Shown: positions 21,531 to 31,069, counted from the stretch's first letter. The stretch: 64,000 nt of DNA from Clostridia bacterium (GCA_045652745.1 JAZRUW010000003.1:10032-74031), one strand, 5' to 3'. Notes: generated by a model from the letters alone, not told the origin. Translations and numbers: made by a program.

Positions 21531-22425
21531 TCCAAAAAGAAGTCAGCATCTTTAAGCATCCATTCTCCGTACCGACAGAGAGACATAAAAACGTCTCATC
21601 ATCGGCGTACACACGGTAACGCTGACCAACTTCAATACTTAAATTGCGTATGGCAATGCCATTGCGCGCTCTGCGAGTATTATCAGCATTAAGTACAATT
21701 GCCGGATATTTGTTAAATATAGACCCCGTCGGTAAAACTGCCGCTGAAAGAATATTCTCCGAACACATCTGCTCAAGCTGCTGACATGTATATGTATCAT
21801 CTAAAACAAATCCGCCGCTCTTTGTGCGAATCAGCGAAAGCATGTGTGCATAACAGCCAAGGCGCTCACCGATATCGTGAATCAGGGTGCGAATGTACGT
21901 TCCCTTGCTGCAAGTCACCTCAATCAAAGCCGTTTTCGTTTCAAGGTCAATTTCAAATATATAAATTTTATGTATCGTAACCTTGCGTGGTTTTCTTTCA
22001 ACCTCAATGCCGGCACGCGCAAGTTCGTATAATTTTTTTCCGTCGTGTTTGACTGCAGAATACATCGGCGGAATTTGCTCAATTTCACCAACAAAACTCT
22101 GTATTACACGTTCAATTTCTTCTGTCGATTGTGTAACCGCTCCGCTATGAATAACCTTACCGCTCGCATCCTGTGTATCCGTAGCTGAACCAAACTGAAT
22201 TCGCGCAACATATTCTTTTTCACTATCCATAATATATTGCGATGCCTTCGTTGCCATACCGATACAAATCGGCAAAACACCGGTTGCATCCGGATCAAGT
22301 GTGCCGGTATGTCCGACTCTGCGCACGCCAAACAATCTCCGCACAAAACTAACCATATCGTGCGAAGTTTTACCTTTTGGTTTATGAATCAGCACAACAC
22401 CGTTTATATTTTTGTCCTGTTTCAT
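21523..22425 (-). CDS. truB: tRNA pseudouridine(55) synthase
   Basis: GHTGTLDP, PPMYSAVK and CSKGTYIR motifs; ATG at 22425 after GGGAG. Confidence 0.95.
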   Translation of the reverse strand: MKQDKNINGVVLIHKPKGKTSHDMVSFVRRLFGVRRVGHTGTLDPDATGVLPICIGMATKASQYIMDSEKEYVARIQFGSATDTQDASGKVIHSGAVTQSTEEIERVIQSFVGEIEQIPPMYSAVKHDGKKLYELARAGIEVERKPRKVTIHKIYIFEIDLETKTALIEVTCSKGTYIRTLIHDIGERLGCYAHMLSLIRTKSGGFVLDDTYTCQQLEQMCSENILSAAVLPTGSIFNKYPAIVLNADNTRRARNGIAIRNLSIEVGQRYRVYADDETFLCLSVGTENGCLKMLTSFWSE

Positions 22426-23390
22426 ATCTTCTCCCTGACAGCCGCACACGCCGCATCCAAAACACGTTTGATTACCTCATCCAGTTTCCCTTCCAACACA
22501 AAACCTGCCGCGCGCTTATGACCGCCGCCACCGAAGCTCAATGCAACCTTGGAAACATCCGCATAAGTGCTGCTGCGCAAGCTGATTTTAACACAGTTAC
22601 CCATTTCCTTAAACGAAACTGCAACTTCACACCCGGTAACAGAACGCGGTATGCTGACGATTTCATCCACATCATCCGCATCCAAACCAAACTGCCTGCA
22701 CAATTCTTCCGTCAAAACAACCGCGCACACTTTCCCTTCTTCCAGTACACGCATCTGACCTGCAAGCACACCACGGAGCTGTATTGTTTCAAGCGGCATA
22801 TCCTCAAAAATCGTCTTGCAAACAAACCAATTGTCAACGCCGTACTCCAACATTTTAGCGCCCAGGCACATTGTTTCCGGTTTTGTGTTCGAATAGCGAA
22901 AACCGCCAGTATCTCCCACAAGTGCCGCATATAAACGGGTTGCATAAATCGTGTCTATCTCCATGTTCATCGCTACGCGCAAACGTTCTACAATCTCCGC
23001 TGTAGCAGCTGCGTTCGGTAGCACAAAATTTAACTGGGCAAATTTCGTATTTGTCGGATGGTGATCAATATTTACACTAACCTGCGCCGACTCTAAAAGC
23101 GCCGCACGCGCACCGATGCGATTTAAATCACCGCAATCCACACTCATGCACAGTTCATGTGCAACCGGCTTTGAATATACCGTATACGCATCATACAAAA
23201 AAGACAAATTCTCCGGATACGGTGCATCTGCGTATATTGTAACACATTTGCCCTCTTTTTCCAGTGCATGCTTTAATGCAAAGCAAGAACCAAGCGTGTC
23301 CGGATCCGGATGAATGTGACTTAAAAGCGCAATATCCTGCGCACTTGCAAGCGCATCAGCGATTGCTTTTAAATCTTTATTGATTTCCAT
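22422..23390 (-). CDS. nrnA: DHH-family phosphoesterase (nanoRNase / pAp phosphatase)
   Basis: HIHPDPD, IDHH, DTGGF, SLRS and GGGGH..AAG motifs; conserved position between rbfA and truB. Confidence 0.88.
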   Translation of the reverse strand: MEINKDLKAIADALASAQDIALLSHIHPDPDTLGSCFALKHALEKEGKCVTIYADAPYPENLSFLYDAYTVYSKPVAHELCMSVDCGDLNRIGARAALLESAQVSVNIDHHPTNTKFAQLNFVLPNAAATAEIVERLRVAMNMEIDTIYATRLYAALVGDTGGFRYSNTKPETMCLGAKMLEYGVDNWFVCKTIFEDMPLETIQLRGVLAGQMRVLEEGKVCAVVLTEELCRQFGLDADDVDEIVSIPRSVTGCEVAVSFKEMGNCVKISLRSSTYADVSKVALSFGGGGHKRAAGFVLEGKLDEVIKRVLDAACAAVREKI

Positions 23391-23739
23391 CTGCATCCGC
23401 TCCCAAAACATCTTTTAAAATACGGTTAATTTTAGCACCGTGCTCGATAGAATCATCAAGTGTAAATATAAGTTCCGGCGTATAACGTATTTTCATACGT
23501 ATCCCAACCTCACGACGCACAAATCCGGCTGCTTTTTCCAAGGCAAGCATTGCATTTTTCTTGACAGTTTCGTCGCCCATAATGCTCACATATACCTTTG
23601 CATACCTCAAGTCCTGTGTTGCATCGACTTTAACCACACTGGTCATCAGCGGAATTCTGCTATCTTTCAGTTCGCGCAAAATTACACTGATTTCGCGCAT
23701 AAGCTGATCATTAATTTTATGAATTCTGTTTTGTGCCAT
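23377..23739 (-). CDS. rbfA: Ribosome-binding factor A
   Basis: LKDSRI, DLRYAKVY and RYTPELIF.LD.S motifs. Confidence 0.95.
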   Translation of the reverse strand: MAQNRIHKINDQLMREISVILRELKDSRIPLMTSVVKVDATQDLRYAKVYVSIMGDETVKKNAMLALEKAAGFVRREVGIRMKIRYTPELIFTLDDSIEHGAKINRILKDVLGADADGNQ

Positions 23740-23772
23740 AACAACCTCCGAAGAAACAACAAACAAATATGC

Positions 23773-26052
23773 TTATTGCTTAATTTCTTCCATAATGAAG
23801 CACTCAATTACGTCGCCTTCCTTGATATCATTAAAACGTTCGATACCAATACCGCATTCATAACCGCTCTGTACTTCCTTTGCATCGTCCTTAAAGCGTT
23901 TCAAACTATTGAGTACACCTTCGTGGATAACCACACCGTCACGTACAATACGCACCTGTGCATTTCTGGCAATCTTACCGTCCGTAACGTAACTACCTGC
24001 AATTGCACCGACATTGCTAACTTTAAATACCTGACGAACTTCCGCGTGACCAAGCAAAGCTTCCTTAAATTTCGGATCCAACATACCCTTAAGTGCCGCT
24101 TCGATTTCTTCAATCGCATCATAAATAACACGATACAAACGGATATCTACATCACCGCGTTCATATGCACCACGTGCGACCGTATCCGGACGAACATTAA
24201 AGCCGACAATAATTGCATTGGATGCAGCCGCAAGCATAACGTCGCTTTCGTTAACCGCGCCTACGCCACCATGAATTGTTCTAACTCTGACTTCATCATT
24301 AGACAGTTTCTCAAGCGACTGACGAACAGCTTCAACAGAACCCTGTACGTCTGCTTTAATGATAATATTGAGTTCTTTCATGTTGCCCTCATTAATCTGG
24401 TCAAACAGATTATCCAAAGATACAACCTTTCGGGCATTAAACTGCTCTTCTTTTGCTTTAAACCTTCTGTTTTCTACAACAGCCTTTGCTCTTCTTTCAT
24501 CATCAACCGCATAGAAGACATCGCCGCCATCCGGCGTTTCGGAAAGGCCTAAAATCTCAACCGGTATGGAAGGTCCTGCACTCTTAAGTTGTCTACCTTT
24601 ATCATCCATCATCGCGCGTACACGACCAACCGTTGTACCGGCAACCAAAATGTCACCAGTCTTCAAAGTACCGTTCTGTACCAATACAGTTGCAATCGGA
24701 CCTCTGGAACGATCCAAACGTGCCTCAATAACCGTACCTTTCGCACGGCGATTCGGATTGGCTTTCAACTCCTGAATATCCGCAGTAAGCAATACCATTT
24801 CCAAAAGGCCGTCAATGTTCGTACGCTGTTTTGCAGAAACCTCAACAAAGATTGTATCGCCGCCCCATTCTTCCGGTACGAGGCCATACTCGGTCATTTC
24901 CTGCTTAATTCTGTCCGGATTTGCGCCATCTTTATCAATTTTGTTTACAGCTACAATAATGTTTACATTCGCAGCTTTTGCATGGTTAATTGCCTCAATG
25001 GTCTGTGGCATTACACCGTCATCGGCCGCAACAACCAAAATTGCGATATCCGTAACCAATGCACCACGGGCACGCATTGCCGTGAAAGCTTCGTGACCCG
25101 GTGTATCCAAAAATGTAATATCTCTGTCGTTAATTCTTACGCGATGCGCACCGATGTGCTGTGTAATGCCGCCGGCTTCACCCGCAGCTACATTACTTTC
25201 ACGGATAGCATCAAGAAGAGAGGTCTTACCATGGTCAACGTGGCCCATTACAACCACAACCGGAGAACGCGGGAGTAAATCTTCTTCCTTATCCTCAATT
25301 TCAAACTCCTGAAGCAATATATCTTCATCAGACAAAACGATTTCACGTTCAACCTTTGCACCAAGTTCTTCCGCAACCAAAGATGCCGTATCAAAATCAA
25401 TCAACTGACTTACGGAAGCCATAATACCTAAAATCATTAATTTTTTAACAATTTCCGCCGCCGGCTTATGCATGCGGTTTGCCAATTCGCCAACAGAAAT
25501 TTCGTCCGGAATGCTGACAATCAGTTCTTGTGGCTTAACAATCTGTTGTTTTACAGGCGCCTTCATCTTGTTTTGACTTACTTTAGTATCCTTTTGACGC
25601 TGTGCAGCCTTCTTAATCTTCTGTTTACCGCTCGATTGCTGCATGCTCTTAACATTCTCCGGCACGAGTTCTTCTATGCGCTCCGTGTCCAGTTTATCTA
25701 AGTCCACAACGGTTTGTCTGGTATCAACATGACGCATCTTACGTTCAATCGGCTTGTCTTCTACCGGTTCTTCTGCTTTTGTCGAAGTGCTTTCTTTAGC
25801 AGGCGATTTTTCATCTGCCTTCTCCGGCTGTGCACTCGGCCAAAGATCGCCGAAAAGTTTTTCCAAATCGGTTTCTTCCGAAATGGCATACATTTGCGTA
25901 TAATACTCAAAAATCAAACTCAACTGTGCTTCATCCAACGTCGCCATATGATTTTTAAGTTCAATTCCGTAGGATTTAAACAAACCAAGCAAATCTGTGC
26001 TCTTTAACTTCAAATCTTTTGCTACTTCATGTACTCTGATTTTTTGTAACAT
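23773..26052 (-). CDS. infB: Translation initiation factor IF-2
   Basis: [22 protein letters not shown] and NKID motifs; IF2_N RVHEVAK. Confidence 0.98.
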   Translation of the reverse strand: MLQKIRVHEVAKDLKLKSTDLLGLFKSYGIELKNHMATLDEAQLSLIFEYYTQMYAISEETDLEKLFGDLWPSAQPEKADEKSPAKESTSTKAEEPVEDKPIERKMRHVDTRQTVVDLDKLDTERIEELVPENVKSMQQSSGKQKIKKAAQRQKDTKVSQNKMKAPVKQQIVKPQELIVSIPDEISVGELANRMHKPAAEIVKKLMILGIMASVSQLIDFDTASLVAEELGAKVEREIVLSDEDILLQEFEIEDKEEDLLPRSPVVVVMGHVDHGKTSLLDAIRESNVAAGEAGGITQHIGAHRVRINDRDITFLDTPGHEAFTAMRARGALVTDIAILVVAADDGVMPQTIEAINHAKAANVNIIVAVNKIDKDGANPDRIKQEMTEYGLVPEEWGGDTIFVEVSAKQRTNIDGLLEMVLLTADIQELKANPNRRAKGTVIEARLDRSRGPIATVLVQNGTLKTGDILVAGTTVGRVRAMMDDKGRQLKSAGPSIPVEILGLSETPDGGDVFYAVDDERRAKAVVENRRFKAKEEQFNARKVVSLDNLFDQINEGNMKELNIIIKADVQGSVEAVRQSLEKLSNDEVRVRTIHGGVGAVNESDVMLAAASNAIIVGFNVRPDTVARGAYERGDVDIRLYRVIYDAIEEIEAALKGMLDPKFKEALLGHAEVRQVFKVSNVGAIAGSYVTDGKIARNAQVRIVRDGVVIHEGVLNSLKRFKDDAKEVQSGYECGIGIERFNDIKEGDVIECFIMEEIKQ

Positions 26053-26085
26053 ATACTACCTCCGTTCCGCCATAAGCTGACTGGA

Positions 26086-26406
26086 TTATTTACTTTCAAG
26101 CATTCTGTACTTCTCTTCAATGGCTTTGGCAAGTCCCGCATCTGTAATTGCCACTACAGCTATATTTTCATATCCCGTAAAATGTCCAAGCGTTTCTTTT
26201 GTGCCGTATTCCATATAGTCTATCTCATAGTATGCGCTGCTGTTCGAAAATTTCTTCTTAATATTTTGTGCAGCATCTTCAGCAACAATTAACAGTTGTG
26301 CCCATCCGTCCCTGACCGCCTTTTCGGCCAAAAAACTTCCCGCAGCAAGTTTGCCTGCTTTTTTTGCAAGGCCAACCATGGATAAGACTTTATCCTGTTT
26401 ATTCAT
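26086..26406 (-). CDS. ylxQ: L7Ae/L30e-family RNA-binding protein (YlxQ-like)
   Basis: GLAKKAGKL motif; ATG at 26406 overlaps the ylxR stop. Confidence 0.88.
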   Translation of the reverse strand: MNKQDKVLSMVGLAKKAGKLAAGSFLAEKAVRDGWAQLLIVAEDAAQNIKKKFSNSSAYYEIDYMEYGTKETLGHFTGYENIAVVAITDAGLAKAIEEKYRMLESK

Positions 26407-26668
26407 GCTCTGTAATTTCCTTTCTGATTTGTGCATAAAATGCCTTGTCCACATCACGCTTAAACGCTCTTTGCAACGCACCGCTCTTTTCGGCCTTTTC
26501 CACGCAGGCAATATCCTTACAAATATATGCACCGCGCCCGTTTTTCTTTCCGGTTGTATCAATCAAAAGGCCTTCTTCTTTATGATATACAACACGCAAC
26601 AAATCACGTTTATCTTTATGCGTTCTACACACAACACACATGCGCTCGGGTATTTTTTTACTTATCAT
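26399..26668 (-). CDS. ylxR: YlxR/RnpM family RNA-binding protein
   Basis: PERMCVVC and GRGAYIC motifs. Confidence 0.92.
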   Translation of the reverse strand: MISKKIPERMCVVCRTHKDKRDLLRVVYHKEEGLLIDTTGKKNGRGAYICKDIACVEKAEKSGALQRAFKRDVDKAFYAQIRKEITEHE

Positions 26669-26685
26669 AAAAATACCTCCTAAAC

Positions 26686-27756
26686 TTACGCCTCTTCCTT
26701 TGCAGCACTTTCGCTCTTAATATCAATCTTCCAACCGGTCAATTTTGCCGCCAGTCTTGCATTTTGTCCGGCTTTACCAATTGCCAGGGAAAGTTGCGTA
26801 TCCGGCACAACAACGAATGCAGACTTATTTTCAACATCCACATCCACACTGACAACCTCAGACGGGCTCAAACTAGCCGCAATATACGTTGCCGGATCTT
26901 CGCTGTAACGGATAATGTCAATTTTTTCACCGCCGATTTCATCGCAGATAATCTGTACACGTCTGCCCTGTGCACCGATGCAGGCGCCTTGTGCATCCAC
27001 GCTTTCATCATTAGAAACTACCGCAATCTTTGTTCTGGAACCTGCTTCACGGCAAATTCCCTTGATTTCAACGATGCCCTGTGCAATTTCCGGCACCTCG
27101 GCTTCAAACAACTTTTTCACCAAACCCGGGTTAGAACGGGACACCAAAATAGATACGCCCTTTGCACCGCTTTCAACCTTTAATACATAAACCTTTAAGC
27201 GATCGTGAAAATTATACTGCTCACCCGGCACTTGTTCTGCAGGCAAAAGTAAAGCTTCCGTGCTGCCAACAGCCAAAAATACCTTGCCTTTCTCAATGCG
27301 CTGAATAACACCTGTAATGATATTGTTTTCCTTATCCGCAAATTCTTCCATAATGTTGTTGCGTTCAGCTTCGCGAATACGCTGCGTAACAACGTTTTTC
27401 GCCGCCTGCGCAGCAATGCGGCCGAAATCCGCAGGTGTCACCTCAATATTCACAGTATCACCGATGTTATAAGTACCGTGGTATGCTTTTGCATCTTCTA
27501 CACTGATTTGAACAAGTGCATCCTCTACTTGTTCAACAACTTCCTTCTGCGCATAAACACGAATATCACCATTTTCTCTGTTGATATCCACCAACACATT
27601 CTGCGCCGCAGAGAAATTACGCTTGTATGCAGAAATCAATGCCGCTTCCAACGCATCAATAAGCACCGATTGCGGAATATTTTTTTCTGCGCTGATGGCA
27701 CAAATTGCTGCCATCAATTCTTCACCCTTGTTTACTTTTTTTGCATTCTTCTTCAT
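26686..27756 (-). CDS. nusA: Transcription termination/antitermination factor NusA
   Basis: FGRIAAQAAK, REAGSRTKIAV and LSLAIGKAGQNARLA motifs. Confidence 0.97.
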   Translation of the reverse strand: MKKNAKKVNKGEELMAAICAISAEKNIPQSVLIDALEAALISAYKRNFSAAQNVLVDINRENGDIRVYAQKEVVEQVEDALVQISVEDAKAYHGTYNIGDTVNIEVTPADFGRIAAQAAKNVVTQRIREAERNNIMEEFADKENNIITGVIQRIEKGKVFLAVGSTEALLLPAEQVPGEQYNFHDRLKVYVLKVESGAKGVSILVSRSNPGLVKKLFEAEVPEIAQGIVEIKGICREAGSRTKIAVVSNDESVDAQGACIGAQGRRVQIICDEIGGEKIDIIRYSEDPATYIAASLSPSEVVSVDVDVENKSAFVVVPDTQLSLAIGKAGQNARLAAKLTGWKIDIKSESAAKEEA

Positions 27757-27775
27757 TTTTCCAACCACTCCTATC

Positions 27776-28231
27776 TTAAAATTCTATTGCCAATTTAATA
27801 AACGCAGCTTCCTCGGTATTGAAGCATACGGTTTTTCCTTCATGTTCCACAGTTACCACATCGCCGTCTTTTTCCAACAAAACTCCGCAAAATTCTTTTA
27901 AGCCGTCTTTTGTCGCATAAAGTTTAACGTCCACCTTGCGACCTGCAAAACGCACAAAATCCTTATCTCGTTTCAGTGCTCTGTCAATGCCCGGTGAACA
28001 AACTTCCAAAAAGTAGGCGTCTTTTATCGGATCAGCTGCATCCAAAGCCGCACTTAAACGCTCGGATACATATGCACATGCATCCATGTCAACACCGGTT
28101 TCGCGGTCAAGATATACGCGCAAAAAATAATCCGTACCTTCTTTTTTATATTCCACTTCTAAAACCTCACAGTCAATCTCAGCTGCAAAAGGCTCCGCCA
28201 GTGCATATACAAGCTCCTCCGTCTTTGACAT
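27776..28231 (-). CDS. rimP: Ribosome maturation factor RimP
   Basis: LRVYLD and YFLEVCSPGIDRAL motifs; start placed by RBS AAGGAGG. Confidence 0.95.
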   Translation of the reverse strand: MSKTEELVYALAEPFAAEIDCEVLEVEYKKEGTDYFLRVYLDRETGVDMDACAYVSERLSAALDAADPIKDAYFLEVCSPGIDRALKRDKDFVRFAGRKVDVKLYATKDGLKEFCGVLLEKDGDVVTVEHEGKTVCFNTEEAAFIKLAIEF

Positions 28232-28261
28232 CGGCATATCCTCCTTTTTATGGTATACAAT

Positions 28262-28294
28262 ACAAAAGAGCGGGTTGTTTGCCCACTCTTTTGT
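28262..28294 (-). promoter_or_regulatory. rimP-leader hairpin (terminator-like attenuator)
   Basis: Minus strand ACAAAAGAGTGGG-CAAACAA-CCCGCTCTTTTGT in the rimP 5' UTR; resembles the conserved rimP leader. Confidence 0.75.
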
Positions 28295-28318
28295 CCGTAT
28301 ACTATATCTTACGTATGT

Positions 28319-28347
28319 ATTATAACACACACAAAATCAAATTACAA
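28319..28347 (-). promoter_or_regulatory. Sigma-A promoter of the rimP operon
   Basis: TTGTAA-17 bp-TATAAT with extended TG. Confidence 0.75.
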
Positions 28348-28508
28348 GGTATTTTTTAACTTTTTTACACAATTTAACGTACTTTTACCCTCTTTTAACA
28401 TAAATGTAATATTTTATTGCTTCCATTATGGTATAATGATGTTAATGTTAAGTCCTAAATATCTTTATACACAATGTTCTTTTACTAGGCTTTAGGAGGC
28501 GTTTTGTT

Positions 28509-30728
28509 ATGAAAAGAAGCTTAAGGCTGTTTCTTAGCGTATTTGTCGCTACATTATTGGTCATTACTATGCTCATCGGCGGTGTGTTCGCCATCAGTTT
28601 CTTCGGATTGTTCGGCGCAGACAGTTTTGATGCAAGCATGATCAGTTTAAACCTGTCTTCAACCGTATATTATACCGACGACAACGGGATATCCCACGAA
28701 CTTACACATCTGTACCAATCCCAAAACCGCATATGGGCAGATATTACGGACATCCCGCAATATATGCAGGATGCCTTCGTTGCAATTGAGGATGAGCGTT
28801 TTGAAAGCCATGGCGGTGTAGATATCCCCCGTACTGCAAAAGCTACGCTTCAATATATCTTCAGCGGCTCTAGTTCTTTCGGCGGCAGTACCATAACGCA
28901 ACAGCTGGTAAAAAACTTAACCAATGACCGCGACGCCAGCCCTTTGCGTAAAATCCGCGAGATGGCACGTGCAATTGCACTCGAGCGCGAAATGTCCAAG
29001 CAGCAGATTTTGGAAATGTATTTAAATACAATTTTCCTTGCAAACAACTGTTACGGTGTACAATCTGCCTCCAACCGATATTTTGGCAAAGATGTAAGCG
29101 AATTGTCTTTGGCGCAATGCGCTTGCATCGCCGGCATCACCCAGTATCCGAGTTACTACGATCCGCTTCGCAATCCGGACAACACTTTAGATAAGCAAAA
29201 AATCATTCTCGAAAAAATGTTGAATCTCGAAAAAATCACACAGGAAGAATATGACGAAGCCCTGGCAGAAAAAATCACATTCGGCGTCGAAGGAAAGACT
29301 GACAATTCTCCTGTTCAATCCTATTTTGTTGACGAAATCATACGAAATGTAATCAATGACTTGATGGAACAAAAAGGTTACTCGGAAGCACTGGCCGAAC
29401 AAATTGTTTACAGCAGCGGACTTAAAATTTACGCAACCATCGACCCTGACGTACAGGACGCAATGGAAGCCGTATATGAAAACCCGAACAGTTTCCCCGC
29501 AGCGCCCGGCAACATAAAACCGGAATCCGCCATGGTCATAATCGATAATAAGACCGGCGCTGTAAAAGGCATCGTCGGCGGCATCGGTCAAAAGAAGCAA
29601 AATCGAATTTTCAATCGTGCAACACAGGCACTTCGCCAACCCGGCTCTACGATGAAACCGCTCGGCGTATATGGTCCGGCAATCGAAAAAGGGATTATTT
29701 CCCCATCGTCGCTTGTTTTGGATGCTCCAATAGATGTCAATGGCTGGAAACCGTCCAACTACTATGCCGGTTACAAAGGCACGGTAACTGCACGTACAGC
29801 ACTCAAAGAATCCATGAACACCCCTGCCGTACGCGTACTGCAAGACGTAGGCGTAGACTATTCCTATAAATTCGTTACGGACAAGCTCGGACTAACGACA
29901 TTGGTAGACAAAGAAACGCGCGACGGTAAAGTGTTCTCCGACAGAAACTTAAGTTCACTTTCTCTCGGCGGTCTGACGGATGGTGCAAAACCAATTGAAG
30001 TTGCAGCAGCTTACGCAGCTTTTGCAAACGGCGGCGTGTACAACAAACCGTATACCTATACTAAGGTCGTAGACAGCGACGGCAATGTATTGTTAGAAAA
30101 CAAGCCAAACAGCAAAATCGCAATGAGCGACACAACGGCTTATATGGTTACATCCATGCTCGAAAGTGTTGTAACTAACGGTACCGGTACAACAGCGCGA
30201 CTTCCCTGTGGGATGCCGTCCGGCGGTAAGACGGGTACGACAGACGACGAAAAAGACAGATGGTATGTTGGATTTACACCATATTATACCGGTGTAGTGT
30301 GGTATGGATATGATAATCCGAAATCCTTGAGCTTTTTAAGCTACCACCCTTGTACACCGGTATGGAAAAATGTTATGAACACAATCAGTGCCACTCAGCC
30401 AAAGAAAACGTTCGCAATTCCCGGCGGTATACAGAAAGTCAGTGTATGCAGCGAAACAGGAAAGCAGCCCGGTGCGACTTGTGAGCCGGTATATGAATGT
30501 TTCAAACGTGGCACTGCACCAACAGCCGTGTGTAACGGCGAGCACGCTCTTCCGGTTACCGATACTGTAGAAAACAATCCAGAAGCCGGCGGTGTGACAT
30601 CACCGGAAACAACGCCGGAAACCATTGTTCCTCCGGCAGAAGAAATACCGATTCCGTCAACAGATACACAACAACCACAACAACCAAGCCAGCCAGATAA
30701 CGTTATACAATTGCCAGATGGCATATAA
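28509..30728 (+). CDS. Class A penicillin-binding protein (PBP1A family)
   Basis: Glycosyltransferase motifs EDERFESHGG, GSTITQQL and RKIRE; transpeptidase motifs STMK, SMN and KTG; P/T/E/Q-rich tail. Confidence 0.95.
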   Translation: MKRSLRLFLSVFVATLLVITMLIGGVFAISFFGLFGADSFDASMISLNLSSTVYYTDDNGISHELTHLYQSQNRIWADITDIPQYMQDAFVAIEDERFESHGGVDIPRTAKATLQYIFSGSSSFGGSTITQQLVKNLTNDRDASPLRKIREMARAIALEREMSKQQILEMYLNTIFLANNCYGVQSASNRYFGKDVSELSLAQCACIAGITQYPSYYDPLRNPDNTLDKQKIILEKMLNLEKITQEEYDEALAEKITFGVEGKTDNSPVQSYFVDEIIRNVINDLMEQKGYSEALAEQIVYSSGLKIYATIDPDVQDAMEAVYENPNSFPAAPGNIKPESAMVIIDNKTGAVKGIVGGIGQKKQNRIFNRATQALRQPGSTMKPLGVYGPAIEKGIISPSSLVLDAPIDVNGWKPSNYYAGYKGTVTARTALKESMNTPAVRVLQDVGVDYSYKFVTDKLGLTTLVDKETRDGKVFSDRNLSSLSLGGLTDGAKPIEVAAAYAAFANGGVYNKPYTYTKVVDSDGNVLLENKPNSKIAMSDTTAYMVTSMLESVVTNGTGTTARLPCGMPSGGKTGTTDDEKDRWYVGFTPYYTGVVWYGYDNPKSLSFLSYHPCTPVWKNVMNTISATQPKKTFAIPGGIQKVSVCSETGKQPGATCEPVYECFKRGTAPTAVCNGEHALPVTDTVENNPEAGGVTSPETTPETIVPPAEEIPIPSTDTQQPQQPSQPDNVIQLPDGI

Positions 30729-30735
30729 CCAATGC

Positions 30736-30765
30736 AAAAGCGCACTAAAATTTAGTGCGCTTTTT
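30736..30765 (+). terminator. Intrinsic terminator of the PBP gene
   Basis: AAAAGCGCACTAAA-A-TTTAGTGCGCTTTTT. Confidence 0.8.
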
Positions 30766-30856
30766 CTTTATATGTTTATCATCAAATAGTTAAAAGTCCC
30801 GTACAGATATACGGGGCATTTGGAAGAGCCGAATGGTTTAGATGCAAGGTGTTTTA

Positions 30857-31034
30857 GTGAAATATCAACTTCGTTGATGTGAAATAATTTACTGATTAAA
30901 TTATGAAATAGAAACCTTACGGTTTCTGTGAAATGAAATAAATCCTTTTATCACACGCCACAGGCGTATTTCACATTGCGAAGCAATATTTCACGCACGA
31001 AGTGCATTTCACAAATCCGCAGGATTTATTTCGT
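30857..31034. repeat. Dyad-symmetric array of GTGAAAT/ATTTCAC heptamers interleaved with perfect mini-hairpins (function unknown)
   Basis: GTGAAAT at 30857, 30879 and 30928 (ATGAAAT at 30903); ATTTCAC at 30968, 30988 and 31006 (TTATCAC at 30948, ATTTCGT at 31028); seven perfect hairpins lie between them. Confidence 0.85.
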
Positions 31035-31036
31035 TG

Positions 31037-31068
31037 AAAAAAGACTATTCCGAAGAATAGTCTTTTTT
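31037..31068 (-). terminator. Terminator of the tRNA operon (bidirectional in form)
   Basis: AAAAAAGACTATTC-CGAA-GAATAGTCTTTTTT abutting the CCA end of tRNA-Lys. Confidence 0.85.
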
Positions 31069-31069
31069 C

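Noticed and set aside
23440-25278. Long plus-strand ORFs (370 aa, 229 aa) antisense to infB, and similar shadows over uvrA, prsA, the dnaC-like gene, tyrS and the aminotransferase
   Set aside because: They are antisense shadows of codon-biased genes with no recognisable motifs.
30796-30848. Hairpin followed by TGG-N13-TTTAGAT, spaced like a displaced tRNA 3' end (att-site remnant)
   Set aside because: The would-be T-stem does not pair, the sequence does not match the tRNA-Lys 3' end, and there is no integrase nearby.
30857-31034. CRISPR array interpretation of the heptamer repeats
   Set aside because: Repeats are only 7 nt, inserts are 11-18 nt self-complementary hairpins, orientation inverts midway, and no cas genes are present.
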